From the IMG/VR virus record IMGVR_UViG_3300013947_000028, positions 1 to 64,000 of that record: a stretch of 64,000 nucleotides of DNA. One strand, 5' to 3'. The DNA is from a virus (Duplodnaviria; Caudoviricetes). Under the pieces are notes generated by a model, which saw only the letters and a list, made by a program, of their open reading frames with translations, was not told the DNA's origin and made no database searches. Of the stretch, positions 49,157-59,700 are shown piece by piece; position 1 is the stretch's first letter, and every line of letters begins with the position of its first letter. Made by a program: the position numbers and the translations under genes.

Positions 49157-51431
49157 ATTAACAGAGGATACAATAATACCTACAAATAAATATCAAACAC
49201 CTATTACTGAGGAACTACTGAAGCCTTATCCTAAAGAAGTACAGGAACAGTTTTTAGATTTTGTAAATAATGTGCCTTATATTAAATACATGATAGGATG
49301 TACTAGACAAAGAGCCTGTGATTTACCTAAAGATAAAAAGGGGAGAATTATAGTAGATATTACTCAGCCTCATATACTTGAAGATATGGATTATTTTAGA
49401 CCTGCTGCTATTAACTTTAAAAAAACAGGCAGATATACTAATCTTAGGCCTAATCCAAACCCAAACAGTGAATACGGAAAATGGGTAAGAGAAGAAATAA
49501 GAAGGTGCTATGAAGGGTATGTAAGAAAATCTGACGGAGAATGGGTAACAGGTAATATGTATTTCTTTTTAAATTATTGTCCTATACCTATGACTAAGGT
49601 GACAGGTAATAATAGAAAAGGTGAACGTGTAGTAGATTTTCCAGAGTTTTGGGAAGGAATATATTATAGATTTCATTATATAGAACAAGCTCAGTTTGGG
49701 GGATTATTTGATGAACAAGGGGGTAATAATGGATGTGAAATATCCAGCCGCGGAAAAAGCAAGTCCTTAACTATGGCAGCTATTATGGCTAAATATTTTG
49801 TATTAGGTGAATCTAAAGATGTTTGTAAAAATGTTAAGTGTATGGCTACAGCTTATCAGAAACAATATCTTACATCAGATGGAATTTTAAATAAGTTTCA
49901 GTCATACATTGATTTTTTAGCTCAAAATACACAATGGCCATCGAAAAGATTAAAATCTAGTTTGCAGGATATGTCATGGAAAATGGGTTATTATGACCTA
50001 GATACAGGTACACAAAAAGGTACATTAAATGAAGTAATGGGAGTCTCTGCTAAAGATGATCCCTCAAAAGTGAGAGGTAAACGTTTACATTTTATCATAG
50101 TTGAAGAGTTTGGTTCTTTTAGAAATGTGCTTGAATTATATAATATTATGTTGCCCTCTATCCAAGAAGGCAATGTTTCTTTTGGTACAGCATATTTAAT
50201 TGGTACATCAGGTGACTCAGAATCAGACTTTCAAGGGGCAGCAGAGATTGTATATAATCCTAAAGGCTATAGAATGTATGCATTACCTAATGTATGGGAT
50301 AAAGAAGGGCAAGGTAAAAAGTTTTTAACTTTCTTTTTTCCTGGTTTTATTAATAGAAAATTATGCTATGATCATAATGGAAACAGTGATGTAGTTAAAG
50401 CATTGTTAGAAATACTTTCAGATAGATTTAGAATTAAATATAATTCAAGTGATATTAATTCTATTACAAAAGCAATAGCTGAAATTCCAATAACCCCACA
50501 AGAGGCAATATTAAGAACAAAGGGTAACATATTTCCTATTACAGAATTGAACAATAGATTAAATGAAATAGACAATAATCCTTCATTTTATGATCAAACT
50601 TATGTGGGAGATTTAGAGCTAAATAACAAAGGAGAGGTAGAATTTATATCTACTAATGATAAACCTATTAGGGAGTTCCCATTAAAAGATAATACAGCTA
50701 AAGGTGCAATAGAAATATTTGAAATGCCTATTAAAGTTAATGATAAAATACCCAATGAACGATATATTTTATCCCTTGATAATTATGAAAATGATCAAGC
50801 ACAATCTATGTCTTTAGGTAGTCTTTTAGTATTAGATTTGTGGACAGATAGAATAGTTGCAGAATATACAGGTAGACCAATGTTTTCAGATGATTTAAAT
50901 GAAATTGCTAGAAAAATGTGTTTATTCTATAATGGTAAAGTAATGGTAGAAAATAATAAAAAAAGTACATTTGCTTACTTTAGTAGAATGAATAGCTTAC
51001 ATTTAATGGCAGATTGTCCTGAATATCTTAAACAAAAACAAATTATTAAATACAGCACTTTTGGTAATAGTAGTAAAGGCATTACAGGGACTCCTGCTGT
51101 ATTTAACTTTGCTTATACTTTAATAAGAGATTGGCTACTAAAACCTGTTACTATAACTAAAGAAGAGGAAGGAGAAACAATAGAATACACTGTACCTAAT
51201 CTTCACTTTATTAATAACAGAGCTTTACTTAAAGAGTTAATACTTTATAACCCTGATATAAATGTGGACAGATTAAAATCACTATGTCAGTTAATGTTAT
51301 ATAGAGAAGAGAAGATGATTCTTTATCAAAATAATATAAGCAATGCCCAACATAGAGATGATTCTAAGGACTTAAGTAATGACCCCTTCTTTAAAGATAA
51401 CTATGATAATAAAGATTCAATATGGGTATAA
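49134..51431 (+). CDS. terL: Terminase large subunit
   Basis: G.MYFFLNY; SRGKSKS Walker A; VRGKR..IVEEFG Walker B; GTSG; VAEYTGRP; ENN; N.DR. Confidence 0.9.
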   Translation: MEETLINKLTEDTIIPTNKYQTPITEELLKPYPKEVQEQFLDFVNNVPYIKYMIGCTRQRACDLPKDKKGRIIVDITQPHILEDMDYFRPAAINFKKTGRYTNLRPNPNPNSEYGKWVREEIRRCYEGYVRKSDGEWVTGNMYFFLNYCPIPMTKVTGNNRKGERVVDFPEFWEGIYYRFHYIEQAQFGGLFDEQGGNNGCEISSRGKSKSLTMAAIMAKYFVLGESKDVCKNVKCMATAYQKQYLTSDGILNKFQSYIDFLAQNTQWPSKRLKSSLQDMSWKMGYYDLDTGTQKGTLNEVMGVSAKDDPSKVRGKRLHFIIVEEFGSFRNVLELYNIMLPSIQEGNVSFGTAYLIGTSGDSESDFQGAAEIVYNPKGYRMYALPNVWDKEGQGKKFLTFFFPGFINRKLCYDHNGNSDVVKALLEILSDRFRIKYNSSDINSITKAIAEIPITPQEAILRTKGNIFPITELNNRLNEIDNNPSFYDQTYVGDLELNNKGEVEFISTNDKPIREFPLKDNTAKGAIEIFEMPIKVNDKIPNERYILSLDNYENDQAQSMSLGSLLVLDLWTDRIVAEYTGRPMFSDDLNEIARKMCLFYNGKVMVENNKKSTFAYFSRMNSLHLMADCPEYLKQKQIIKYSTFGNSSKGITGTPAVFNFAYTLIRDWLLKPVTITKEEEGETIEYTVPNLHFINNRALLKELILYNPDINVDRLKSLCQLMLYREEKMILYQNNISNAQHRDDSKDLSNDPFFKDNYDNKDSIWV

Positions 51432-51451
51432 AGTAATAAAGCTTTAATTTA

Positions 51452-51483
51452 TTTGTTTATATAATTAAATTGTTATAATTTTG
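51452..51483 (+). promoter_or_regulatory. TTTG-N20-TAATTTTG promoter for the portal operon
   Basis: Both consensus boxes present. Confidence 0.75.
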
Positions 51484-51505
51484 CATCAAATAATTTAAAT
51501 TAATT

Positions 51506-53923
51506 ATGAGTGAATTTGTACAATTCCCTCCGCAACAATTGTCTTTTACTAAAAAGACTAAAGCATGGAGGAAAACTGTACTGGATTGGGCAGACACTAA
51601 ATCATTTACTCATTATTCACCTGTAAGAAAAAGTGTTCTACATAAAAAGATTAACTATGATTTAGTTAATGGAATATTACATATGAAGGATTTAGCTCAG
51701 ATTATAAATCCTGAATCATTAAAAGCTAAATATATTCCAGAAAGAATACAGCATTTTCCTATAGTTAACAGTAAATTAAATGTGTTAATAGGTGAAGAGT
51801 TAGGAAGAGTTTTTGATTATAAAGTAGTTGTTACTAACCCTAATGCAGTATCAGAAATAGAAGAGAATAAGAAACAGCAAATTCTTCAACAAATACAACA
51901 AGAGATAGAAAACCAATCACAATCACAAGAGGAATTCCAACAGAAGTTAAATAAAATGAATGAGTATTTCACTTATGATTGGCAAGATATGAGAGAGCAA
52001 AGAGCTAATTATTTACTTAATCATTATGTTAAAGAATATAATATGCCACTCATCTTTAATAAAGGATTTACTGATGGTCTTATTGTTGGAGAAGAGATTT
52101 ATAGATGTGATATTAGAGGAGGAGAGCCTATTATTGAAAGACTTAATCCTAATAAAGTGTACGTCTTCAAATCAGGATACTCTAATAGGATAGAAGATGC
52201 TGATGTTATAGTTATTGAAGATTATTTATCTCCAGGTCAAATAGTTGATAGATATTATGATAGTCTTACTGCTAAAGACAGGGATTATATTGAAAAACTT
52301 CCTTACAGTAATTCTTCAACACAAGGAGACGAAGAAGAACCTAGAAATGCATGGATTTCTTCAGATTTAGTGGGAGATGACGACCATAACTTTTTCTCTA
52401 GTATGTTGGAGTTTACTGATGGTAATACTACTGCTATTGATACTCCTTTTGATATGTATGGTAATATAAGAGTATTACAGGTATATTGGAAGTCAAGAAG
52501 GAAGATTAAAAAGGTAAAGTCATATAACCAAGAAACAGGAGAAGAAGAATTTAATTTCTATCCTGAAAACTATGTATGTGATGAAGCTAAAGGTGAGGAG
52601 GAAATAACTTTTTGGATTAACGAGGCTTGGGAAGGTACTAAGATAGGTAAGGATATTTATGTTAACATGAGACCTAGAATAGTACAATACAATAGACTTT
52701 CAAATCCTTCAAGATGTCACTTTGGAATTGTAGGTTCTATCTATAATCTTAATGAAGATAAACCATTCTCTTTAGTAGATATTATGAAGCCTTTTAATTA
52801 TTTGTATGATGCAATACATGACAAATTAATTAGGCTTATGTCAAGAGATTGGGGTATTCTTCTTCCTGTAGATTTAGCTAAAGTTCCTGACCATTGGGAT
52901 ATAGATAAATGGTTATACTTTGCTAAAGCTAATGGTATTGTTGTTACAGATAGCTTTAAGGAAGGTAATAAAGGTGCTGCTACAGGTAAGTTATCAGGTG
53001 CTCTTAATAATGCTTCTAGTGGTGCTATTAATGCTGAATTAGGTAATTCTATCCAAGCTTATATTAGCATGCTTGAATATATTAAATCAGAAATGTCTGA
53101 TGTTGTAGGTATTAATAAGCAAAGAGAAGGTCAAGTAGCTAACAGAGAAACTGTAGGAGGTGTAGAAAGAGCAACTTTACAATCTTCTTACATTACTGAA
53201 TATCTCTTTAATACACATGAGGATGTTAAAAGAAGAGCATTAGAGTGTTTCTTAGAAACAGCCAAAGCAGCTCTTAAAGGAACTAATAAAAAGTTTCAAT
53301 ATATTCTCCCTGATGGAGCATCTAAAATTATCAATATTGAAGGTGATGATTTTGCAGAAAATGATTATGGATTAGTAGTAGACAGCAGTAAAGGTACTCA
53401 AGAACTTAACCAGAAATTGGATACTCTTGCACAAGCTGCACTACAAAATCAATCTCTTAATTTCTCTACTATTATGAAACTTTATAGTAGTGCTTCTATG
53501 GCTGAGAAAGAAAGAATGATTTCTTATAATGAACAGCAATTACAAGAGCAGCAACAGCAGATGCAACAGCAACAACAACAATTACAGCAACAGCAAATAG
53601 AACAGCAAGCTCAAACTGTTCAAGCTAAGATGGAACAAGATTATAAGATTGCTCAAGAAAAGAATCAAACTTCTATTGTTGTTGCTCAAATTAATGCGCA
53701 AGCAGAAGCTCAAAGATACGCTATGATGAATCAAGATAACGATGGAGTACAAGAGCCTATTTTTAGTGAGGAGGCAAGAGCTAAACTAAATGAATCTATT
53801 AGACAATTTGATGCTAAATTACAATTAGATAAAGATAAATTAGCATTAGATAAAACAAAGGCTAATAGAGATTATGATATAAAGAAAAAACAATTACAAA
53901 AACAAAAGGCTACAGCAAAATGA
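51506..53923 (+). CDS. Portal protein
   Basis: Follows TerL; PPQQL, NYDL.NG, L.GEE, WINEAWEG and QREGQ motifs; Q-rich C-terminal coiled coil typical of crAss portals. Confidence 0.85.
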   Translation: MSEFVQFPPQQLSFTKKTKAWRKTVLDWADTKSFTHYSPVRKSVLHKKINYDLVNGILHMKDLAQIINPESLKAKYIPERIQHFPIVNSKLNVLIGEELGRVFDYKVVVTNPNAVSEIEENKKQQILQQIQQEIENQSQSQEEFQQKLNKMNEYFTYDWQDMREQRANYLLNHYVKEYNMPLIFNKGFTDGLIVGEEIYRCDIRGGEPIIERLNPNKVYVFKSGYSNRIEDADVIVIEDYLSPGQIVDRYYDSLTAKDRDYIEKLPYSNSSTQGDEEEPRNAWISSDLVGDDDHNFFSSMLEFTDGNTTAIDTPFDMYGNIRVLQVYWKSRRKIKKVKSYNQETGEEEFNFYPENYVCDEAKGEEEITFWINEAWEGTKIGKDIYVNMRPRIVQYNRLSNPSRCHFGIVGSIYNLNEDKPFSLVDIMKPFNYLYDAIHDKLIRLMSRDWGILLPVDLAKVPDHWDIDKWLYFAKANGIVVTDSFKEGNKGAATGKLSGALNNASSGAINAELGNSIQAYISMLEYIKSEMSDVVGINKQREGQVANRETVGGVERATLQSSYITEYLFNTHEDVKRRALECFLETAKAALKGTNKKFQYILPDGASKIINIEGDDFAENDYGLVVDSSKGTQELNQKLDTLAQAALQNQSLNFSTIMKLYSSASMAEKERMISYNEQQLQEQQQQMQQQQQQLQQQQIEQQAQTVQAKMEQDYKIAQEKNQTSIVVAQINAQAEAQRYAMMNQDNDGVQEPIFSEEARAKLNESIRQFDAKLQLDKDKLALDKTKANRDYDIKKKQLQKQKATAK

Positions 53924-54324
53924 AATATATAAATAAAATAGTTGTTAGTAATCAGGAACCTCCTATTAATACACTTTGGATTGAAGGTGATAGTTTAAAG
54001 TATTATAATAATGGATGGAAAGAAGTAGGAGGTTCTCAAGAAGAAATACAAAAACATACAACTCAAATAGCTACTTTACAAAAAGTAGTAGGCCAGAATT
54101 ATATTGAACTAGCTACTAAGGTAAAGACGTTAAATGATTCTTTTGAAAGTCTAAATAAAGTACAAGGACTTATGCAGGGTTCTATTAATACACTTACAAG
54201 ACAAGTACTTGATCCCAGTAAATTACAAGTAGCAGATCCTAAGAATTTAACTCTTGCTGATATTAATCTTATTATGGGAGATTTGAAAGCTAGAGGTATT
54301 ATAAATATTTCAACTAAATCTTAA
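53920..54324 (+). CDS. Fibre/structural-like hypothetical protein
   Basis: S..EP..NTLWI..LKYY.NGW motif; coiled coil. Confidence 0.45.
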   Translation: MKYINKIVVSNQEPPINTLWIEGDSLKYYNNGWKEVGGSQEEIQKHTTQIATLQKVVGQNYIELATKVKTLNDSFESLNKVQGLMQGSINTLTRQVLDPSKLQVADPKNLTLADINLIMGDLKARGIINISTKS

Positions 54325-54329
54325 CAATA

Positions 54330-55454
54330 ATGATTTTTACAGAAAATGACTATAAAAAAATTCAAAGTTGGCTAACTGCTCATTCTTTAAAAGATAGTGA
54401 TTTTGATACTATAGATTTAGCAGAACTTAGTGAAAGTAAAAATAATATTACTATTCCTATTATTAAATATAGTGATTCAGACAGTACCTACAATAACAAC
54501 AGAATAGAATATAACAGCTTAGTGCAAAACTTGGATTCTGAGTACTCTTCTCTATATTTAAGAAGAGAGCACAATTATGGTAAAGAGGAAGAACCTTTTA
54601 ATACTTATTGGGCTGATGCTAAAGGTAATGTGGTATATAAATCTTCTTTTTCTGGTAACTATCCAGCTTTTTATTCTATTACTAAAAAACCTGTAGGAGG
54701 GAATTATCAAAATCCTATTATATCGTTAACTGAGTTGACTTATAATTATATAGATGATCCTTATGGAGGTAGTATTAGAGTACAAGGTTGGGAAACAGAA
54801 AGAGCTTTTAAAAATCAAGAGTCTCCTACTTTGGATTCTTCTTATAATTATAATGGGGTTAGAGTAAATTATCAAGGAGTTACGGAAGTGGGATTAGGCA
54901 TAGCTATTCCTGGTAAAATATCTATAACTAACAATTATAACAAAAGTAATACTATTACTGGATTATATATAGGTGAAGATACCCATCATGCAAATAATAA
55001 AAGAGGAGTATTTATCGAGGGTAAGAAAGACAACGATGTTCTTAATGCACAAGGAAGTGTCAGAAAAGACATTACCGAATACTTGGGAATATTTAATATG
55101 ACTAGTAAACAAGTAGAAGATAATTACTTAACTCTTTATGAAATAGCTGCTAATAAAGAAATTAATGTAATTTCTTATCAGTGCACTAATCCAACTAAAA
55201 ATGGACAGCCGAGAAGTGTAGTAGTACATCAAACAGTAGAGGAGAATGAGGATAATACTATAACATCCTACCAACACATAGAAATGGAGGGTAAACAATG
55301 GAAACGAGAAGTTACTTTATCTAAAAGCACTAAACAAGTAGTAAATAATACTGGTTGGAAAAAAGCTCCTATTATAAAAACAACAATAGATGGTGATCAT
55401 AAGGTAGACGAATTTAATGATATAATAATAGATACTAGAATAATCGCAGAATAA
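54330..55454 (+). CDS. Putative tail/fibre structural protein
   Basis: 374 aa with beta-rich composition; C-terminal W.R..GW motif. Confidence 0.4.
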   Translation: MIFTENDYKKIQSWLTAHSLKDSDFDTIDLAELSESKNNITIPIIKYSDSDSTYNNNRIEYNSLVQNLDSEYSSLYLRREHNYGKEEEPFNTYWADAKGNVVYKSSFSGNYPAFYSITKKPVGGNYQNPIISLTELTYNYIDDPYGGSIRVQGWETERAFKNQESPTLDSSYNYNGVRVNYQGVTEVGLGIAIPGKISITNNYNKSNTITGLYIGEDTHHANNKRGVFIEGKKDNDVLNAQGSVRKDITEYLGIFNMTSKQVEDNYLTLYEIAANKEINVISYQCTNPTKNGQPRSVVVHQTVEENEDNTITSYQHIEMEGKQWKREVTLSKSTKQVVNNTGWKKAPIIKTTIDGDHKVDEFNDIIIDTRIIAE

Positions 55455-55485
55455 ATCTTAAATTAATAATTTTATAATAAATACA

Positions 55486-56508
55486 ATGGGAAATATTGTT
55501 GGAAATCAATTTGGTTTAGTTGCTTCTAAAAATCAAGAAACAGCTATTACTGATAGTAAAGCTACAGGAAATGAAGCAAAGTTTTATATAACTAAAAATA
55601 ATAGTGATAATACAGGTACAACCTGTAATGCAGCAGGAAATGCTGAAGATAGCATTGCTCTTACCATTAATGGTAATGTACTTAGAGGTATGAGCAAAAA
55701 GCAAGAAGAGACGGTAAACAAATATATAGATGTTAATCCTGCAACTGTTTATAAGTTTAAGGGCACAGTTGCTAATTATACAGCTCTTACTAAAATAACT
55801 TCAGTTAAAGCAGGTGATGTTTATAATGTAACAGATCCTACTTCTGCAGGTTATCCTAAAGAAACTAACTTTGCTGCCACTAAAGATGGTACAGGTGCTA
55901 CAAAAGATATTTGGGATTCTTTGGGTGGTATAAGCATGACTATAGCTACCGCTGATAAAGCAAATATTACTAATGATTACGTTAATAGTCACGTTAAAAG
56001 GGTTGCTATACTGGTTAGCACCAATCCTTCTGTAAGAAATACAGCAGCAGATAGTATAGAATTTTATGTAGGAACAGGATTAACAGCTACTAACTATTTA
56101 AATGGTGTCTCAATAGAACCTTCTTTAGGAGATGGGCTTGAATTAGTTGTAAGCAGCAAAAGTGACACTGTTGCTATTGATTTAAACAGCAGCAAAGTTG
56201 GAGATTATGCCGAAAGTCGTATACATAGTAAATTAAGTTCGTTTATATCAAATGGTGATGCCCTTACTGTCATAGGCACTGGTAGTGATACTAAGTTAAG
56301 TATTCTACTTGCTACTAATTATAAGGCTAATGTGGGTAGTAATGGTTATCCTGGTTGGGAAGATGCTGTGCCTGGGCTTATAGGAATACACTCTTTATCT
56401 CCTGCTGGTGTAGATGGGCAAGGTTTATATATCAGTAAATCTATACTTAGTATGTTTGTGCAAGGTCTTATAGACATTGCAATATCGAGTTATCTGAATG
56501 CAAAATAA
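55486..56508 (+). CDS. Putative fibre protein
   Basis: VYKFKGTV..Y..L...GDVYNV...WDSLGG module; T/S/G-rich. Confidence 0.5.
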   Translation: MGNIVGNQFGLVASKNQETAITDSKATGNEAKFYITKNNSDNTGTTCNAAGNAEDSIALTINGNVLRGMSKKQEETVNKYIDVNPATVYKFKGTVANYTALTKITSVKAGDVYNVTDPTSAGYPKETNFAATKDGTGATKDIWDSLGGISMTIATADKANITNDYVNSHVKRVAILVSTNPSVRNTAADSIEFYVGTGLTATNYLNGVSIEPSLGDGLELVVSSKSDTVAIDLNSSKVGDYAESRIHSKLSSFISNGDALTVIGTGSDTKLSILLATNYKANVGSNGYPGWEDAVPGLIGIHSLSPAGVDGQGLYISKSILSMFVQGLIDIAISSYLNAK

Positions 56509-56526
56509 ATCAAATAATAATTAGTA

Positions 56527-57411
56527 ATGGAAGAGAAAAAAGATATTCAAGTAAGTGTAGTAATTACTGCATATAATGTAGAGAAGTATATTAAAAAAGC
56601 AATTGATTCGGTATTAAATCAAACTTATAATAAGAATATTGAATTGATTGTAGTAGAAGATTGTTCAACAGATAATACGCTTAGCATAATTAAGGATTTA
56701 CAAAATTCTGAAACCTCACTACCAATCAATCTGATTCAACATAAAGAGAATCAAGGTGCAGGTATTTCAAGAAGAGATGGTATTAAAGCTGCTACAGGAG
56801 ATTATGTAATGCTTCTTGATGCTGATGATTGGATTAATAATGATTATATAGAACACCTTGTAGCAAGACAGCAAGAAACAGATGCTGATATTGTAGGAGG
56901 TGGAATTGCATATTATTATGAAGAAGATGACCATTATAAGGTAGAAACTTATGGTACTCATGTTAGTGAGGGATTCCAGAAGTTTAAGGACTATCAAAAT
57001 GGTAGAATAGTCTTTCTTAATAATAAGATTGTTAGACGTTCTATGTATGATAAGGTTGAGTATTGCGGCAGAAGATATGTAGAGGATACTCCTGTTATTA
57101 TGAAGCTTCTTTATTATGCAAATAAAGTAGCCTATGTTAATGAAGCAGGATATAATTATTTGCAGAGAAGTGGTTCTCTTTGTCATGAATCATCTGCATG
57201 GAAACATCAGCTATTTAGTGCATTATGCTGTGCTGAATTGATTGAATGGTTTAAGGATAAAGAAGAACCTTATAATAAAATTTTTGGCCTTACTCAATTT
57301 ATAGGCTATTTAAAGGCTATGACAAAGTTATCTGTTAGAAATGAAGATAAAGAGCAGTTCTTTACAGAATATCAACAATGTGTAAATTACTTACTAAGTA
57401 AAATTTCATAA
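56527..57411 (+). CDS. Glycosyltransferase family 2
   Basis: SVVITAYNVEKYI, VEDCSTD, LDADD, ED and Y.Y.QR.GS motifs. Confidence 0.92.
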   Translation: MEEKKDIQVSVVITAYNVEKYIKKAIDSVLNQTYNKNIELIVVEDCSTDNTLSIIKDLQNSETSLPINLIQHKENQGAGISRRDGIKAATGDYVMLLDADDWINNDYIEHLVARQQETDADIVGGGIAYYYEEDDHYKVETYGTHVSEGFQKFKDYQNGRIVFLNNKIVRRSMYDKVEYCGRRYVEDTPVIMKLLYYANKVAYVNEAGYNYLQRSGSLCHESSAWKHQLFSALCCAELIEWFKDKEEPYNKIFGLTQFIGYLKAMTKLSVRNEDKEQFFTEYQQCVNYLLSKIS

Positions 57412-57423
57412 GTAACAATTATT

Positions 57424-57470
57424 AAACTCACTTATATTATTGTATAAGTGAGTTTTTTATTATATTTTTG
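57424..57470 (+). terminator. Terminator overlapping the next TATTTTTG promoter
   Basis: AAACTCACTTATA/TATAAGTGAGTTT stem plus T-run; -7 box at 57463-57470. Confidence 0.65.
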
Positions 57471-57494
57471 CACATAATTTTAGTGATAATGAAA

Positions 57495-57758
57495 ATGAAT
57501 ATTTTTAATAAATTGTTGAACAAAAATCATTCAGTAACTTCTTTACAAGTAAGTACTTTACAAGATGTTCCTGCGGGTAAAGATTTTGAACTGACCAGTG
57601 GTTTTTTGATTAAAAATATATCTGATGATGATATACAATTAACGGTAGTTCCCTTAGATGGTAAGGAGGAAATTACTACTATTTTTTATTCAGGTTGGAA
57701 TCCTGAATTAGTTAAAAAGATTATTAATGTTCCTTCAGGAATACAAATAGGTTATTAA
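57495..57758 (+). CDS. Hypothetical small beta protein
   Basis: FLIKNI...SGWNPELV...IQIGY; start placed after the promoter. Confidence 0.5.
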   Translation: MNIFNKLLNKNHSVTSLQVSTLQDVPAGKDFELTSGFLIKNISDDDIQLTVVPLDGKEEITTIFYSGWNPELVKKIINVPSGIQIGY

Positions 57759-57760
57759 TT

Positions 57761-58897
57761 ATGGGATTAACAATAACAGGTAATAAAATAACAGGAGGAG
57801 CTAAAGCTAAAGTAGTTGACTCTCTTCCTGATAAAGGAAGTTCAAATTCTATATATTTAATTCCTAATAAAACTACAGGAGATAATAAATATGATGAGTA
57901 TATTTGGATTAAAGATACTGAACATCCTGAAGGATATTTTGAAAAAGTAGGACAAAGAGATATTGATTTAGAGCCTTATGCTACAAAAGAGTATGTGGAT
58001 GGTAATTTCTTTAAAGCATCTTTTAACAGTGACTTTGTTGACACATTAAAGCCTATACGTGATAATAATATTCTAACTATTCTTGGTGACAGTGTAAGTC
58101 TTAAAGACAACTTAGTTGTTACAGATACTGAAATTTCTTGTTATGCACCCTTAAATATAGGAAGTGCACAAATAAAATCTGTTGATAATGAGGGGATAGC
58201 AATAAATCCTAGAAATAATCCTAACGAATCTTTATTTATAAGTATAAGTAGCATAAGTACAGACCTATATCCTTCTTACTACGTTGGTAATGAGCTAGAG
58301 TTATATAATGATACAACTAAATTTACTTTTTGCAGTGATGTAGGATTTAAATACAGTGTAAATATAAGCACTTTCGGAATAAAATATAATAATGACCCAT
58401 TATGTAATTTGTCAACATACACTACAATTTATACTTACACTCATGATGGACAGTTAGGTGAAGTATACATATCATCACATGTAGATGAATTATTAGACAA
58501 TAAAGTAGACAAAGTTGAAGGAAAAGGATTAAGCAGTAATGATTTTACTGATACTCAAAAAACACAATTAGAATCATTACATGATAGTGCTAAAACCTCT
58601 ATAGATACTCCAGTTGTTTCTACTGATACCATAAAAACAACTTTTCATTCTTTAGGACATACAGCAGCAACTACTATTACTTACCCAGCAGCAACTACTA
58701 CTACAGCAGGTGTAATGAGTGCTTCTGATAAAGTAAAAGTTGATAGTATTGATATACTTGCAGGTACTATAAATCACGTAACTGATACTATTAGTTCTTC
58801 TTATTATTCTAAAACAGATGTTGATAAAAAGTTAGCTACTTTGGAAACTCAAATAAAAGATTTAACTAATAGAATTACAGCACTTGAAACTAAATAA
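57761..58897 (+). CDS. Tail/capsid fibre protein
   Basis: VVDSLP..G..NSIYL...YDEYIW; KVDKVEGKGLSSNDFT; AATTTTAGVMSASDK. Confidence 0.7.
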   Translation: MGLTITGNKITGGAKAKVVDSLPDKGSSNSIYLIPNKTTGDNKYDEYIWIKDTEHPEGYFEKVGQRDIDLEPYATKEYVDGNFFKASFNSDFVDTLKPIRDNNILTILGDSVSLKDNLVVTDTEISCYAPLNIGSAQIKSVDNEGIAINPRNNPNESLFISISSISTDLYPSYYVGNELELYNDTTKFTFCSDVGFKYSVNISTFGIKYNNDPLCNLSTYTTIYTYTHDGQLGEVYISSHVDELLDNKVDKVEGKGLSSNDFTDTQKTQLESLHDSAKTSIDTPVVSTDTIKTTFHSLGHTAATTITYPAATTTTAGVMSASDKVKVDSIDILAGTINHVTDTISSSYYSKTDVDKKLATLETQIKDLTNRITALETK

Positions 58898-58920
58898 TAT
58901 TTATTTAAACTTATAATAAC

Positions 58921-59040
58921 ATGGGAATTAAAATTAAAGGCAGACCACAACCTATTACTCCTAAAGCAGGTATTACTCATGGTAAGTATGCCCAAGGAGG
59001 TAAGTTAAAGAAGAGAGGTAAGAAATCTAAGAAATGCTAG
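58921..59040 (+). CDS. 39-aa basic peptide with a YAQGGKL motif (not in track)
   Basis: MGIKIKGRPQPITPKAGITHGKYAQGGKLKKRGKKSKKC; fills the gap before ATG 59042. Confidence 0.65.
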   Translation: MGIKIKGRPQPITPKAGITHGKYAQGGKLKKRGKKSKKC

Positions 59041-59041
59041 T

Positions 59042-59452
59042 ATGAGTAATAAAATATTATATAAAATATTTCTGATAGCTTTAAAATACATTCCTGCTAT
59101 TATTACAATATTTTATATATTGAATACTTTTCTATCCTTTATTGGTATAGATACTTTTTGGATGAGCTATTGTTCAGGAGTATCTATACTGACTTGGGTC
59201 TTCCTGTACATATCTAGTTTCGTATTCAGATATTGTATTTATCATAGATTATTTCTATATTATATAGCTTTAAATGATGCTATAACAATAACAGATTATC
59301 ATTATAAAATACCCATTTCAAATGAAGCATTGTTTATGATACACAGTGTTTTATTAGGAATATTTATTGTATTAATTGTAATTAAATATGTTACAAATCA
59401 TAAAAAGAATACTACTAAAAATAGTAGACAATATAGATTCAGGAAATTCTAA
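59042..59452 (+). CDS. Multi-TM membrane protein
   Basis: Four hydrophobic segments; F.YC.YHR motif. Confidence 0.6.
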   Translation: MSNKILYKIFLIALKYIPAIITIFYILNTFLSFIGIDTFWMSYCSGVSILTWVFLYISSFVFRYCIYHRLFLYYIALNDAITITDYHYKIPISNEALFMIHSVLLGIFIVLIVIKYVTNHKKNTTKNSRQYRFRKF

Positions 59453-59696
59453 TATGACAGCCTCAGATCAATTAAAGGTAATGAGAGCTTTACAAGAATA
59501 TACTGACAAAGAGGTTAGGCTTAGTAAATATCAAGCATGTAGATATGTAGGTTTAAGTAGGGCTTCTTTCGATAATTATGTTAGATTTGGCTCTTTACCA
59601 AAGGGCTTAAAACAACAAGGTTTTAAGGAATTATTTTGGACAAAGAAATCATTAGATGAATTCCTTAAACTTAGAGAATCTAAAAAGAAAAAGTAG
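59388..59696 (+). CDS. Excisionase/AlpA-like HTH protein
   Basis: LSKYQAC.Y.GLSRASFDNYV..G.LPKG...W. Confidence 0.7.
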   Translation: MLQIIKRILLKIVDNIDSGNSNMTASDQLKVMRALQEYTDKEVRLSKYQACRYVGLSRASFDNYVRFGSLPKGLKQQGFKELFWTKKSLDEFLKLRESKKKK

Positions 59697-59700
59697 ATTT

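Noticed and set aside
53533-53610. CAG/CAA repeat as a separate element
   Set aside because: It encodes the poly-Gln coiled coil of the portal protein
53920-58897. Diversity-generating retroelement targeting the fibres
   Set aside because: No reverse transcriptase or TR/VR pair seen in the window
59388-59696. Prophage integration module
   Set aside because: Excisionase-like HTH only; no integrase or host genes in the window
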